Positions 1-13,014 of a stretch of DNA of 64,000 nucleotides are shown here, one piece after another; positions within the stretch are counted from its first letter, which is position 1; every line of letters starts with the position of its first letter. A program made the position numbers and the translations under genes. Below the pieces are notes generated by a model. That model did no database searches and had not been told where the DNA came from. It was given only the letters and a program-made list of their open reading frames with translations. Location of the stretch: assembly GCA_965202585.1 (NCBI GenBank), contig OZ241827.1, forward strand, positions 22,444,001 to 22,508,000, written 5' to 3'. The stretch comes from Thalia democratica. Taxonomy: Eukaryota.

Positions 1-601
1 AACTTTGTGTTTACGGTTATGATTAAGCAGCGCCACAAATAGAGAATTAAACAGAAACGTTTACAGATCTTAAAATGGATGAACTTGTTGATTAAGGAGC
101 AAGTATTTTTGTAAAACTCTTTTTTTTTCCTTAGGGAATGGAAAAATTTTCCTTACATACTAGAAATCTTTAGAATCAATACCTTTTGTTGGTTCACAAA
201 GCTGTAAATGTCTTAACTACTTACATCATCTAACTGTGTTTGATTATTTTACTAAGCGGATAAATATCAGATTTAAAAACTAAATGAAGTTTAAAAGTAT
301 AAAAGAAGCTTAAAAACAACTTTCGAGGTTCGCATCTCAACACTTTTCCTGTCAGCAACCTCCAGCTGATAAGCTGTGGTTTGTTAATTTGAAAAACATA
401 AAAAGTCCTTTAAAAAACGACAAACATCACGTTTGAAGTGTTGTGAAAACAAAATGCGTGACTAATCAACACGCAACGTTTCATGTTCGCTTTAAACAAC
501 TCAAGTGTTTCCCCGCCACACGCGTTTCGCTCGAACAAGAAGCGAGTATCAACGAAACGTGAAAGCTGATGCTCACTGAAGCTCATGTTTCATACCACAA
601 T

Positions 602-793
602 TCACAACTTAGCTGCCACATTTTCTCTGCCTTCCATTTCTCCGTTGTTGCATTTATTCTGCAATTTACACATTGACGAAAGCTGTTTGTCCATAAAGGG
701 CCTGTGGGAGAATTGAATTATGATTCCCACATGAGCTTCGGTTAGTAGGTGGTTTAAACAGCTCATTTCAGTGCCAAGATATCTCAATGTACG
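602..793 (-). other. Possible alternative terminal exon of the SAMD11-like gene (second SAM C-terminal half)
   Basis: Phase-0 acceptor (aatgcag|cgt) is compatible with the exon 12 donor. Open for 192 nt to TGA. RTLRYLGTEMSCLNHLLTEAHV resembles SAM-type VFREQGIDGETLPLLTEEHL. Confidence 0.3.
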
Positions 794-2325
794 CTGCATT
801 AATACACAGAGCACAGCTTGATTTTGTTCAAGTTAGTTATTGAAAAAGTAGTATGTTGCGCTTCTCTTAATGTTTTAGTGTTTAGCCGTTCGTTTTTTAA
901 TGTTTTGCTTAAAATTGTCTTACACACTTTAAAAAAATACTTTGTTGATACTTCATTCTTTGATTCTTTTTTTTTCTATCAAATTAACTTTGTAACTTTT
1001 ATTTATTTTAAGCTACTACTTGAAATCAAAAAAGATGCGTTTCAGTGAAACTTTATGATATAAAGTTCCGTTTGTTTTTCAACATTCAATATTAGTTTGA
1101 AAAACGGGTCAATTTTTTTCTAAATAATGCAGACAAGTAATATGAAACTTTTTTTTTTGCTTTTTGTTTAAAAAATTTAAAGGAAATTTGAAAAAAAAGA
1201 TTTCATAACTCTTTTAGAAACAGTAAGCTCAATAATATCTAATATTTTTTTTACTTTTTAGTTGTTTTGTAATAATTAGGTACAAGCAAAACTGATACTT
1301 AAATGATATATGTATTGATGTTTTACGATTTTCGAGGTTTATGTATGCTTTCAATAAGTATAGTTTAAGTTTAATAAGTAATAAATAAGTTTTTAGTTTA
1401 AGTGTTTTGTTTATCATTTCTACGATCTGTGTTTCGTTATTTTTAAGTTCTATTTATTAAAACTAAAAAATTATACTTTTTTTTGCACAATTTCAATTAT
1501 ACTCATAAGGTAAAAAGTTTTTTTTTCATAATATTTAGTGAATCTTTCGAAACATTACATTTAAATGATAATACAAATGCAAGCATCCTGTTTTATTCTG
1601 TTACCGATTTCGGTAAGTTGAACACAAACTTTGTTAAACAACAACAAAATATTTAAAACATTTCTAAAATGGCAGTTACATTTATATTTCTAAACTTAGT
1701 CAATCGAAAACTTTCGAAAACAAGAAGTTAAAGCTTTTAAAATACTGCTTATTAAAGACTTGTAAACTTATAAACGCATACTTATGCAAACTAAAAAAAA
1801 TCGAAGTTAAAAAACACAATAAAAACTAAACTTTACTACTAAAAAGTAAAATAACTAAATATTTAAAACTACTGTAAATATACTTTTTACTAAGCCTTAA
1901 ACAAAATTAGCACTGGTACAGAATACATCAACACAATTTTTAATTGGCTTTAAAAAGTTTAAACAGATATATTTACCAACGAAGTAATAATTAATAGTTT
2001 TGTTAAATTCTTTAAACTTTTATAATTATGTTAATTTTTAAATGGACAAACTAGTGAAAAAGTCACACAAAAAAGCAGCAGAACCGAAAACGAGATACAT
2101 GTACTTTAGTTTCTTAATAACTTGCAGAAATGAGCAGAAGTCACGAAAAAAGCTTAATTATTTGTTAAGAATTTTTTATAATTTTTAAAAATGCTAAACT
2201 AGTTTCAGCGCGTACAGAGCAGAGCAAAAAACTTGTACTATGAGCGAACAGTAGTTCAGTTTCAGTTTTAAGTAAGCTGCGTAAGCGAGTAGAGTGAAAA
2301 GTAAAAAGTGGTTCAGTTTCGGGTT

Positions 2326-5300
2326 TTACCCTGAATCGTTGAGAGGTGAGGAGGGCGAGTGGTGAGCTTCGAGGATGAAGAAGTACGACCCCAAGTGGCG
2401 GTGAACGGAGGAGATGAGGGTGTGGGCGTGACCCAGTTTCATTTGCAACCTGCTCAGGCACAGGTCCTCCCTGATGAAGGGGAGCGAGTGTCCGTTGATG
2501 CCGTTGTCGAGGAAGATCTGTTTTCGCAGTTACCATTGTAGAATTCAATATGGTTTTTTTTTGCATAAAAACTTTAAAGAAATGTTTAAAACCGACTTGC
2601 ACTAGTATTTTTTTAAAAGTTTTTATTTCAAGTTAACACCTTTTTTATTAAGTCACCAAGTTAAAATATAATTTAACATGCTGTTTGGAAGTGTCCAAGC
2701 AAAACAGTGTACTTAGAGTTATAAATTTTCAGCTCACTTGTTTGTACTGCCCCAAATTAATTTCGTCCAAATACTGACCGACTCTCTCACAACTCCACTT
2801 GCTCATTTCATCGGAACTTTTCAATATCGTTTCCATGGTAACTTTGTCGGCAGACATGAAGGATGTCCTGTTGTTGATCTCACCGAGTAGTGAAGCGTTT
2901 TTCGTCCTTGCATGAGACGCGGGTTCAGTTTTAAGCATTGTTTTATCGGTCAGAAGATTAGAGTTGTTGAAAGAAGCACCTTCTGAGGTCGAATTTCTGT
3001 GAAATAAAACAAGTTTAGTTTATATTAAACTATGGAATTTATATATAATCTTGAAATTTGTTATAGACTTACATGTTAACGAGTGAACGAGATATTCTTG
3101 GCTTTTTCGTTTCTTCCTTAAGTTCTCTGAAAACAAAATTAAATGGTTTCTTTTACTACTATCAGCTTTACAAAGCTTAGAAGACAATTTTTTAAGTTAT
3201 GTGAAAAAAAAGCGTTTTTGTTTGTTTAAAATGTGTCTACAGTAGTTTTTAACTGCATGCATTTTTGAGTTGTACAATAAAAAACTCACATAGGGACGCT
3301 TCTTGGTCTTTTGACGTTCTTATGTATTGACTTTATGACAACAGTATCATTTTTCTCACTTTTTTTGCTAAAAAATAAGTAAAAAACGTTAAACCTGAAA
3401 AGTATTACTTCATGTGCTTTAACAGCTACCAAGTTATTTTAAGAAAAAAGTTAAGTATATGTTTTCTTAGCTTTAAAGTTAAGTTTAAACTAAACGTGCT
3501 TTTAACTTATGTATGTTTTGTTTATTTGTTTATACTTTTTCACTGTTATAAAATATAAACACTTGTTTTTTATAAACATACTTTGCAGCTTCGAAAGGTG
3601 TTTTTGTTAAAAAAAGTAATTTAAGTTGAGTTTTTTTTATTAACACAAAACTGCTCACTTTTCCGCAAACCCAGCACGGCTTACAGCATCTTTTGAGTTA
3701 TTTTTCTGATTGAGTTCAACAGCGCTCCGCTCTTCTGGTTGGCTGACTTCCGCTTCCGCTTGATGCTTGCAACTTGTTTTAATATTTTCAAGCAAACTTG
3801 GCGCCAACTGTCCGAACGCAGCTGCCATGTTTTTCACGAAACTCGACTGGTCCAGCGTCAATCTTAAAATAAAAAACAAGTAAAGAAAATTGTAAATACA
3901 TGATGAAAATAATTAATGGTTAAATGCAGCACCTTTTTGCTAAGAAAAATAAGTCAAATATTTTTGTTTAAACTAGATATATACACAAACATTTGTAGGT
4001 GTATGCACAAATATCTTTTAAAGATTATAAAGTGTTTCTATCCAATAAGTTAAAATAATTACAAATTAGTCAGTAACAAAAATTAAAAGTTTAAACTTTT
4101 TACAAGTAAAAGCATCATATTACTGCAACGCCTTTGATAAATTAGAATTTATAACAGTAGATTTTTGTTAACAGTAGATTTTGTACAACATTTTTATCTA
4201 AAAGTTGTTTAAAAAAAAAACTATTTTTTATAATTAGCACGTAAATTATAGAATTAGTAAGCTAAGTCAATACTTTTTTCGGTCACAATTTAAATAAAAC
4301 TGATTGATTTCAAAATTATACATATTACAAATAGTCATTCTATTTTTGATTATTTTAAAAAGCTCAAATTTTACAAAGCATTAAAGGTGTAAAAACATTT
4401 TTAATTACAGCTTTTAGCAGCGCAGAATAAGTTAGCTTGAACAAAAACTTTAAAAAAGTTTTTGTGTAATAAACCTACTTTTCAAGTCAAGAGCTCGAAA
4501 GTGATAAATTTTAATAACTTTAAAAGTAAATCGACTATTTGTTGAATTTTAAAATAAATTATCTTAGCTCGTATGTTGACGGAAACATTTACTTTGAACG
4601 ATTTGTTACTGTTATTTTAAAGGGCAACTGAAAGCAACTTACACTAAATATAGTAAAAACAAATTACTTACTTTCCATAGTCGAAGTTGATTGAATTGTG
4701 GTGTGAATTTGGCAGAAAATCTAAAACAATCTTTACTTTAAAACTTTAAACTCGTTTTGTATTTTTTGTAAGTCAATTTTTTTCTAAATGTTTAACCAAG
4801 ATGTATGCAGGTTTTAAAACTTTTAATAACTTAATTTGTACGTTCAAATATTTATAGATATGCATTAGAAAAAACAAACCGTTTTCAATTTTTGATTTCT
4901 TGTTGACAGTAGAATGCATTTCGTTCCCTTCCTCATGCAACTGATTCTGCAAGAAAAAAAAGAGTTGAAATACGGTAAACAAACATTTCCAAACAGCTTT
5001 TTTCCAGTTTTAAATAGGTTACCAACCTGATTTTGTTCAACGTTGTGTGATCTTTTTCGGGGAGCTGCATCTTCGCTTGCTGCATGACTTTGAGCTTTTT
5101 TATCAGTCAAAGATGGAGAATTTTGTTGTGCTAATGGGGAAGCTCTAAACAATTTAAAAAATTTAGCAATTTTTTGAGCACAATAATTTGGTTGAAACGA
5201 GAATATTTGAATTTTGTAAGCTGGTTATTATTTTAGGATGCATGTATTGAATAGAAATCAATCAATAAAAAAAAACTTTTTTTTAGAAGGCAGGACGCAA

Positions 5301-8300
5301 GTGAAAGCGGAATTTCTCGTCGCTGATTCGTTGATTTCGGCTAGAAACGGCGAGTTGCCGGCGGGGAATCCCATCAGGGAAGGGCTGGGCGTCTGCAGGT
5401 TGCTTGGCAACGAAACCAACGATTGCCATGCGGTTACGTCATCGTGATCTTCCCGCTGATTGTTGATGGTGGAAGGGAAAATATGGCTGATTCTGTTTGG
5501 AACTTCATCTTCAGCAGAACTTGCCTGTTTGATATTTGACATAGAGAATTAAAAGACATCAAAAGTGTATGCAATATTCATTTAAGGTGGTTGAAAATCA
5601 GAATACCAAATAAAAAGAAATTTATTAAAATTCAAAATTATCAATTATTGGCTGATTATTTTTTTTAATTCAGCCTTTTCTAACTATTTGTACTTCAATT
5701 TAAAAATCTTTTGAAAATTAAACGGCTAAAAAGATTTAAAACATAAAACTTTTTGTATGCTATACTTAATGCTTAATTATACTTTCTATTCTTTACTTTT
5801 AGTATACCTGTAGAAAAAAAAAAACATAAAAGATTTAAACTTTCTTAAAAATACTTTTCAAGATGCACAACATTTGTACTAGTAACTACTTTATTTCGCC
5901 AGCTTGAGACACTTAATCATTATTGCTACAGTTGAATCGGCAGTTTTTAACGTCTCCTAGCACTTTAATGGTCAAAAAACAAATCTAACCACGTGCTGTT
6001 GAGCGAAGAAAGCGATGTTCTTCAGACACCATTCACACTCGCATTCGTTCTGGTGATGGATTATCACCGACTTTGACATGAGAGCTTTCAGGCTCTTCCC
6101 GTGATGTCTGATGCTCCTCTTCCAGTCCTTGGCAGTCTCCCTCCCGCTTATCGCTTGAAACTCGTTCGGGTGCATCCAGCTCTGCTTGCCCCCGAGCTCG
6201 TACAAGATCGATTTGCCTGTAGAGTTTAATTGGTTGAGTTCAAAATTAAGTGTTGAGTGCTATTTGGAGCTGCTTGTTTTTCTCTTCCACCTTGTTTTAA
6301 AGCATTTTGAAATTTGAGAGGAAAAAAAATTACTTTGTTAAAGCGTTTAAGTCTAACGCGAAAAAACAGAAAACAAAAAAGCACAGCCATTAAACTCCGC
6401 ACTGCTTGTCTTACGCCAAAAGCTAATGCAATTTACGGATAGACACGGCATTCGGCGCAAAAACCAACTTAAGCATGATGGGAAAACTTTCTTAAAAAAT
6501 CACAAACGGCCGGTTCCGATGGAATTTTTCGTTCTAGTCAAACAAACGAAAAAAAGCGAGGCGAAGCATAAGGAGCAGTGTGCGTTGCGAGAAGGTAATT
6601 AAATTGCAACGAAAACTTTTGAGCGGTTGTGCGCGCTTTTGATTTGAAGTCTGCTTTGCAGCCTTTTCAACTGTGAGCCGTTCACGCCGATTGCTTTCGT
6701 ATTGTCGGTTGAGCCTCGTTTTATGCGAAAATTTTTAAACCTTTTTTTAAGTGCTGTTTTTCACGCTTACTTTCAAGCTGACTTTTTTATCAAACATTGA
6801 TTTTAGTTACCCTACTGACTTAAATTTTGTTTTTCTAAAAAAACTTCTGTTCAAGGTTTTGAAAAGCAAACATAATAACAATTAAAAAAAATCCATGAGG
6901 TACAGTATAAAAAAATTAACAACTAACAACAAAGCTTTATTTCATTTTAATTTGATTATAGGACTTTAAATTTAATCTTAATTGGATCTTGTTTTATGTA
7001 CATTTTGAATAACTACAAGGTGTTCACTACTATATATGTAATCTTATTTACTATCATTTTTATGTACTTAACAAATAACTTAAAACAATAAATAACAAAT
7101 AAAGTTTAACATTCTTTTTAATCGAAATGTAACTTGCCGAACCAAAAAGTATAACTCACTGAAATGTCGCAAAAATTATTGAAATTGAATAAAAAAGAAG
7201 AACATATTTAACGCTTATCAGTATTTTCCAGAGTACACCGCATATTTATGCAAAAAATATAATGACAAAAATATCTTTATTCGATTCAGTGTTGTTATAA
7301 TGTAAACCATTTAACACACTTGTCTCTTAACTTTAGATAATATTTGACATAAAGGACTTTATTTTAACTGTTCAGCTTCTAACTTAGTACGTATTCAAAA
7401 TAACACTAACAAGTACATAACAACATAAACTTCCACACCTTTGCTACCCTGGCTGAGTCTTGCGATGTAGAGGAGGGCGTTGTTGTCGCCGCAGGTCACC
7501 TCCAAAAACTCCTCCCCTCCTTCGTCCCTCTTCACTTCCACCTCCGAGCTGCTCATGCTACCTTTCGGCAGGTTCACCGTCCACCTGCAGCCCTCCGTTG
7601 CCACGTGGTGGTGGCTGGTCGCCCCTGACAACCGGTTTTGCAGCCTCATTTTGCTCACTGAACTTTCCACCAAATCTGCGAATGTTTTTAAACCTTTTTT
7701 TTCAATTAATATTTTTTACTATTTTTCTGTTTTCACAAATAAACATACGTTTTATGTTTTTATCAATAACTTTAATTTGTATTTAGTCAGTTTTACCTTT
7801 TAGTACAATATTTTTTTATTTTTGTCTCTGTAAAACAAGCTTATGTTTTGTTTAACTTCAAGTTCTACTTTAACAAGCTTTGTAGCCTGTTTTAAATTAC
7901 AGCTCTATGGCCAGACTTATTAGTAAAATTAGAAAATGATTAGCTTGAAAGCGTCAAAACTTGAGTAAGCGGCTCAAAGTAGTTTCAGGCAATGTATGTT
8001 TTAAATGTTCACCGACGACAGTTGCCTTTCAGTTTTAATTAGCTTTCGGTTAAAATAAAAAAAAAACAAAAAGTGAAAAGGCAAAACACTCGCAGGTTGC
8101 AATTTAAAAGGAAGCTCGAACGGAAAGGAAGCTCGTAAATCGATAAGTTAGACCAAGGTTACCATTAGTAACGCGAAGAAAAAGCCGAAAAGATGAGCTG
8201 CAATGACGTGACGGGATTAAGAGCGGCGATAAAAAGAAGCAACGATGGCAGCAGATAACCTCGAGTGTGACGTAGAAGGAAGCGAATATCCGTGACCAGT

Positions 8301-11300
8301 TTTCAGTGTTTGTTTTTCGCGCTGCTGCTTGTACAAACGAAATCGAATGTTTGCGGTGTCAACGCGCGAGCGGCCAGCAAACATCGACGGCGCTTCGTGC
8401 TGCGAAAAAAGAAGAGAACGCCGCTCGACGCTCCGTGCCAATTGAAAAGCTTTCACCCGCCGCTCGCACGCCAAACAACGCTCGCTGTGACGTCATAATG
8501 ACCTCTGTGTCAAAAGTACTTGCTCTCGTCACACAACAGGCTTTCCAGCTTTCTTCGGTACAAAGCGCCGCTCGACAGCTGAGGATCGGCAAATTGAACG
8601 AGGCGAGATGGACGTGGCTCTTATTCATTATTTATCGCCCGCCGCGCCACATTTTTATTTGCTTCCTTCGCTGCGGCCGTTTGAAACTCTCTTTCTCTCT
8701 CTGTTGAGACGTGTGAGGCGAAGCAGCCGATGCGAGAATAATTGCGGCCGAAATTTGCTGAATGATTGAACGGCAGATAAGAAGCCAACTGAGCTCGCCG
8801 CGCTGCTCAGAACTTTCAGCCGATTTGAGAGGCGTGTTGCGTGATTTAACGCCTTTCAAAGACACAGCGCGAGACAGGCGGACTTCCAGTTTTTTAAAGT
8901 TGCGCCAGGTACAGCTTAATTAGAAGCGAAAGGCTGAAGTGAAGCGTTTTGAAAAATCTTTTAAAATTAAAAGTATTGGATTTTTTTCATGCAGGATTTT
9001 TGCCTTCCTGCAAATTTTTCTGTCATTCATTTTTCGTCGTTAGCCTTTTTTTCTTTGATATATAAAAAATTGAAATACAGCAAAGTCTTGTTAGACATAC
9101 AAGAACTTTGTGTTCAAATCAATAAAATTGATCAAGCCTTGCGCGTTTTTGTTAAAAATCAAGGCAAACGAAAAATTGAACAAAACAAACAAACAAGAAC
9201 GGCGCATCCATAATCCTTAAAAACACACAGAAAGTCATCAGTATGCTGGCAGTAAGCTCGTCTGCATTGACCTGTGCGCGAGCAGCTTTTTGTTTGAAAA
9301 CCGCAAAACAACAAAGCAACAAGAAGCCTGCTCGCTGTTTCTCGTCTGGAATAATTAATCACCTTCTGAGCTGTGCACGTCAGCGTTGCGCGGCAGAGCG
9401 CTGAAGATTGATTGGAACAAGGGGGAAGGTCAACGCCAGCCCGCGGTGTCAGGCCTTGGCACAAAAGTTACTGAAATCAGCTTTTTTTAGCAATCAGATC
9501 TGCTTTGAGCCGGCAGCACCTAAGTACGCGTACGGCCGATCGGTTGAATTTAAATTTGGTGAAAATTCAATTTGCTTGTTTAAACGCGCCTGACCAACTT
9601 TTGCGAGCGCTTGTTGAATGCAGCTTACAATTAGCTTAGTTGTTAAATTTTATTTTTACAGCTAGGCGCTTGATAACGATTGTTCAGTCGTTAATGTTAC
9701 AAATAAATTCAAACCTGGTAAAATAAAAACTTAATTTATCTTTATAAAACTTTTATAATTTTTATAGATTTACAAGTTGTTTCAGATTTTGTTTTTCAAC
9801 TACCGTCTGTTAATATTTTTTCAGTTTATTTTAAAAAATAAAGGTGTATAAATTAAAATAATCTATCAGGGTGCACGACTACTCAAATTCAGACAATTCA
9901 AATTTAGAGTTATTTTTTAAAGGGCCACAACTAAATAAGTAATATACATTTGAAAAAAGTTAAAAATGCGTTTGTAGCTCTAGTTAACACATATAATCTT
10001 TTTTTTTCTTTAAAAGTAAAGAAAAAATATTTTGCTTATATGGCTAATAAAAGTTTTAAAACATAGCTATTTTTAGTAACTTTCAAATTAGTTTTTTAAT
10101 AAATGTTAAAAAAAAAAAAAAAAAAGTTTTGTAGGTACTAGTTAGACCTACATACTATTTTTTTTCAAATACATATTATTTTATGAGTTTTAGCCTTCTA
10201 ACATTTTTTTACGAGTTTTAATTGTTATGAACTAACGAATTTTTTTCCTTTAATCAAAAAAAAAAAGGTTAGATTTTTAAATTAAGTTTTTCTTCCTATG
10301 CACAAGAAACTATTTTTAACACAAACTAACTTTTGTTGTTAGGAGTAACAACTCTTTTCCCGTTGCTACTAGTAACAACCGGGGGCTGCTGACTTTCGAC
10401 AACGGAAGTCGTGGATGACAGCTCTGGTGATGACGTCATAGCGGAAGTTGATCTCTGTTGCGTGGAAACCAGCTGATGATGATTGAGCTGGTTGTTGCTG
10501 TGTGAGAAAATGAGAAACTTGAATAAAAAACTAAAACAATGATAGTGTTAGATTTTATAATAAGTTTTTATAAAATTGCAAGCTCTTTATTTTAAAATAA
10601 AGAAATGTTTGAAAAACAGTTTACTTTTCTTTTTTTTTATTAGATAAAGAATCAGCTGGAATTCTTCCAAGTAAAAATTAGTTTTTTATTTAAAAGCTAT
10701 ATAGTTATTTGTCTTAGCTAGAAAAGATTGCTCAATTTGGTGTAATGTAAAGAGTTTACTTAAATCTTTATATAAAATCAAAAAAAAAACATTTACTTTA
10801 ACTTTAATTTTAGTGGCTCAAAATTTTACCGTAAAAATGTTGTGTTGTCAAATATTGGCATTATTGGAAATGGCAGAATACTTTCTTGTTTTTTGTTCAT
10901 GTTCATCAGATTTAAAACTTGTAACCTGAAAGTGTTAATTTTCAACCAACAATAAATTTAAACACAATGTGAAAATTAGTTTATTTTAAAATTTGACATT
11001 AATCGGCTCGTTGAAAATTTAGAAAATGACAAAAATTGAAAGTTTTAAGTTTTAAAGGATTTTTCGCCAGCAAAATATTAAAATATACTAAGCTACTTCA
11101 ATAGAAAAAAGAACTGAATAAAAGGAAAATTATTGACATAAAACTGAATAGATAAACTATGCAATAGATTTTTTTTTACAAATATCGGTGGTACAATTTT
11201 ACCGTTTAATCGTTGTTACAACTCAACAAGCCAGCAGTTGCTATAGCAACCAGCCACACACGCGGCAATAAAAACACATCCGACGAGCCCACCACGTCGC

Positions 11301-12299
11301 CATGTAAACAAGCTCCTTAGCAACGGTTGCCAAGCCGAGCTGCGAACCTTGAAACCGATACGCTTGTGGTCTCTCGCATGGCAACCAAGGTGGCACGGTT
11401 ACTTGGCAACCGGATCGTCCCGCTTTCAGTATTACCGCTTTTTCATTTATAAACCTTTGGCGAAAATCACCGACGTCTGCGAAGGCGGCTTCAAGCTTCC
11501 TTCAGACGCGGTAAAGTGAAACATATGTCTAAAGTTTCAACTTTTTTCTCGAGAAAAAGCTCTTTTGATGGGAAAAGTTTTCGAGATTTTGTTTTAAAGC
11601 AAGATTTACTTTAAAAGGGATGATTTGATTGAACTTGTACTATTTTTCAGTTGATAACTTTATTATCTCTTTTTTTATTTAAATTAAAGTAATAACATTT
11701 TTGCCAGATCAAATTATTAGTTTTAACTAATTTATGAAAATTTTAAAACTTTTTGAGCTAAGTATAAACACCTAAAGTAAACTTTATGTCTGTTATTTTT
11801 TTTTACTTGTAATACTAGAGCACAAGTCTACAGGAAGATCTAATGCACAACATAGCTAAACATCTCAACTTATTTTGAAACAAACACCTATTTATTAAAA
11901 AAAGTAAAATTCTTCGAACTTTTAAAGCATTCCAAAAAATATTTTTCATAAACATTTTCAACAGTTAAAAAAAAAATACTTTCTATTTTACTTGAACATT
12001 CAACAACTTTATCTAAATACTCACCAGTTAACCTGATTTGGGTCTCCGAATTGTAGCGGGCCAAACCCAGAAAAATCATCTCCTTTTTGCTGCTTAGCCC
12101 CATTCATCCCAACAAAATTAGAGGGAATTTGCGGAAATTCCCCAGGAAAAGGGTTACCAGGCAACATAGCTGCCGGGTTATTAAGCATCCACATACTGGC
12201 AAGGTCGGGTTGGGAAAAAAAATCCCCGAACTCGGCACCTGATTGGCTTAATATTTTTGATAAATCTGGAGAAATACCCGGAGCTGCTGAAGAACCCAT
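2326..12299 (-). CDS. SAMD11: SAND + SAM domain transcriptional regulator, SAMD11/SAMD7-like; 13 coding exons, about 724 aa
   Basis: Exons 12299-12025, 10497-10331, 7675-7439, 6216-5990, 5524-5277, 5144-5027, 4946-4880, 4720-4672, 3862-3659, 3367-3290, 3126-3073, 2996-2738, 2517-2326. All junctions are GT/AG and phase-compatible (2175 nt). SAND: LEVTCGDNNALLYIARLSQGSKGKSI...HPNEFQAISGRETAKDWKRSIRHHGKSLKALMSK...CECEWC, matching the recalled SAMD11 long-isoform SAND. SAM: KWSCERVGQYLDEINLGQYKQ|IFLDNGINGHSLPFIREDLCLSRLQMKLGHAHTLISSVHRHLGSYFF. Confidence 0.88.
11237..11410. promoter_or_regulatory. RFX X-box cluster in SAMD11-like intron 1
   Basis: Perfect palindrome GTTGCTATAGCAAC (11237-11250), GTTACTTGGCAAC (11398-11410) and further GGCAAC/AGCAAC half-sites within a GC-rich island. 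Confidence 0.6.
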
Positions 12300-12894
12300 T
12301 ATTTAGTTTTCTTTATTTAAATTTAGAGTTATAATTTATTATTGAACACCTGAAATACACGTCGTTACTAATATATTGTAAACTTGAATTTTGTTTGTAT
12401 TTTAACTCTTATGTTTTATAGTTTTAACATAAATAAGAAAATCTGTTTAATATCTAGTTTTTATTAAGCAATTTTGTTTAACGAGTTTATGCAATGTTCA
12501 ATATAAGTACTAATGATTAACTATGATATAAGTATTCTTTTATCATGAAATAAAAGTATTTTTAAAACAATTAGGTTTTGAATGTTAATAAACAATTCAT
12601 TACAAATAGTATATAGTTAAATATTAATTTAACGTTAGTTTAAAAATGTGTTAAAAATTATTTTTAAACTATCAAGTTTTAATATATAATTTTTTTTACA
12701 TCTCTTGTTAAAATATTTTAAACTGCTATTACTAACAAACTACTTAAAAAGTCTATCAATTTCATGAAAATAGCTTTATACTTAAAACTTAGCACATTTA
12801 TGCAACTTTCAAAAACAATTTCAAACCGTCGCGTTAACCTCAGTTAAAAAAAGTTTTCTTGAACAGTTCAACTCAACAGGCTTGGGACTATCAT

Positions 12895-13014
12895 GCTCCT
12901 AAGCAACGCTTTACCATGGCAACCGATTTCGACCGTGGCGACGACCGGGGAGAAGGCAACGAGGAAGACAGATTGCAATCAGCCTCGTTGCCTGGCAACT
13001 GGTTGCCATGAAGC
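12895..13014. promoter_or_regulatory. Second RFX X-box cluster 5' of the first SAMD11-like coding exon
   Basis: TTTACCATGGCAAC (12910-12923), GTTGCCTGGCAAC (12987-12999), GTTGCCATG (13002-13010). Confidence 0.55.

Noticed and set aside
2165-2602. 145-aa minus-strand ORF and overlapping 2359-2541 plus-strand ORF
   Set aside because: Wrong frame or strand. The true frame (2517-2326) encodes the SAM C-terminal half.
7460-7803. Two plus-strand ORFs of about 108 aa
   Set aside because: Antisense shadows of GC-rich SAMD11-like exon 3.
8217-9593. Several overlapping Arg/Ala/Ser-rich ORFs on both strands
   Set aside because: No domain signal and no phase-compatible splice sites. They are expected by chance in a GC-rich intronic island.
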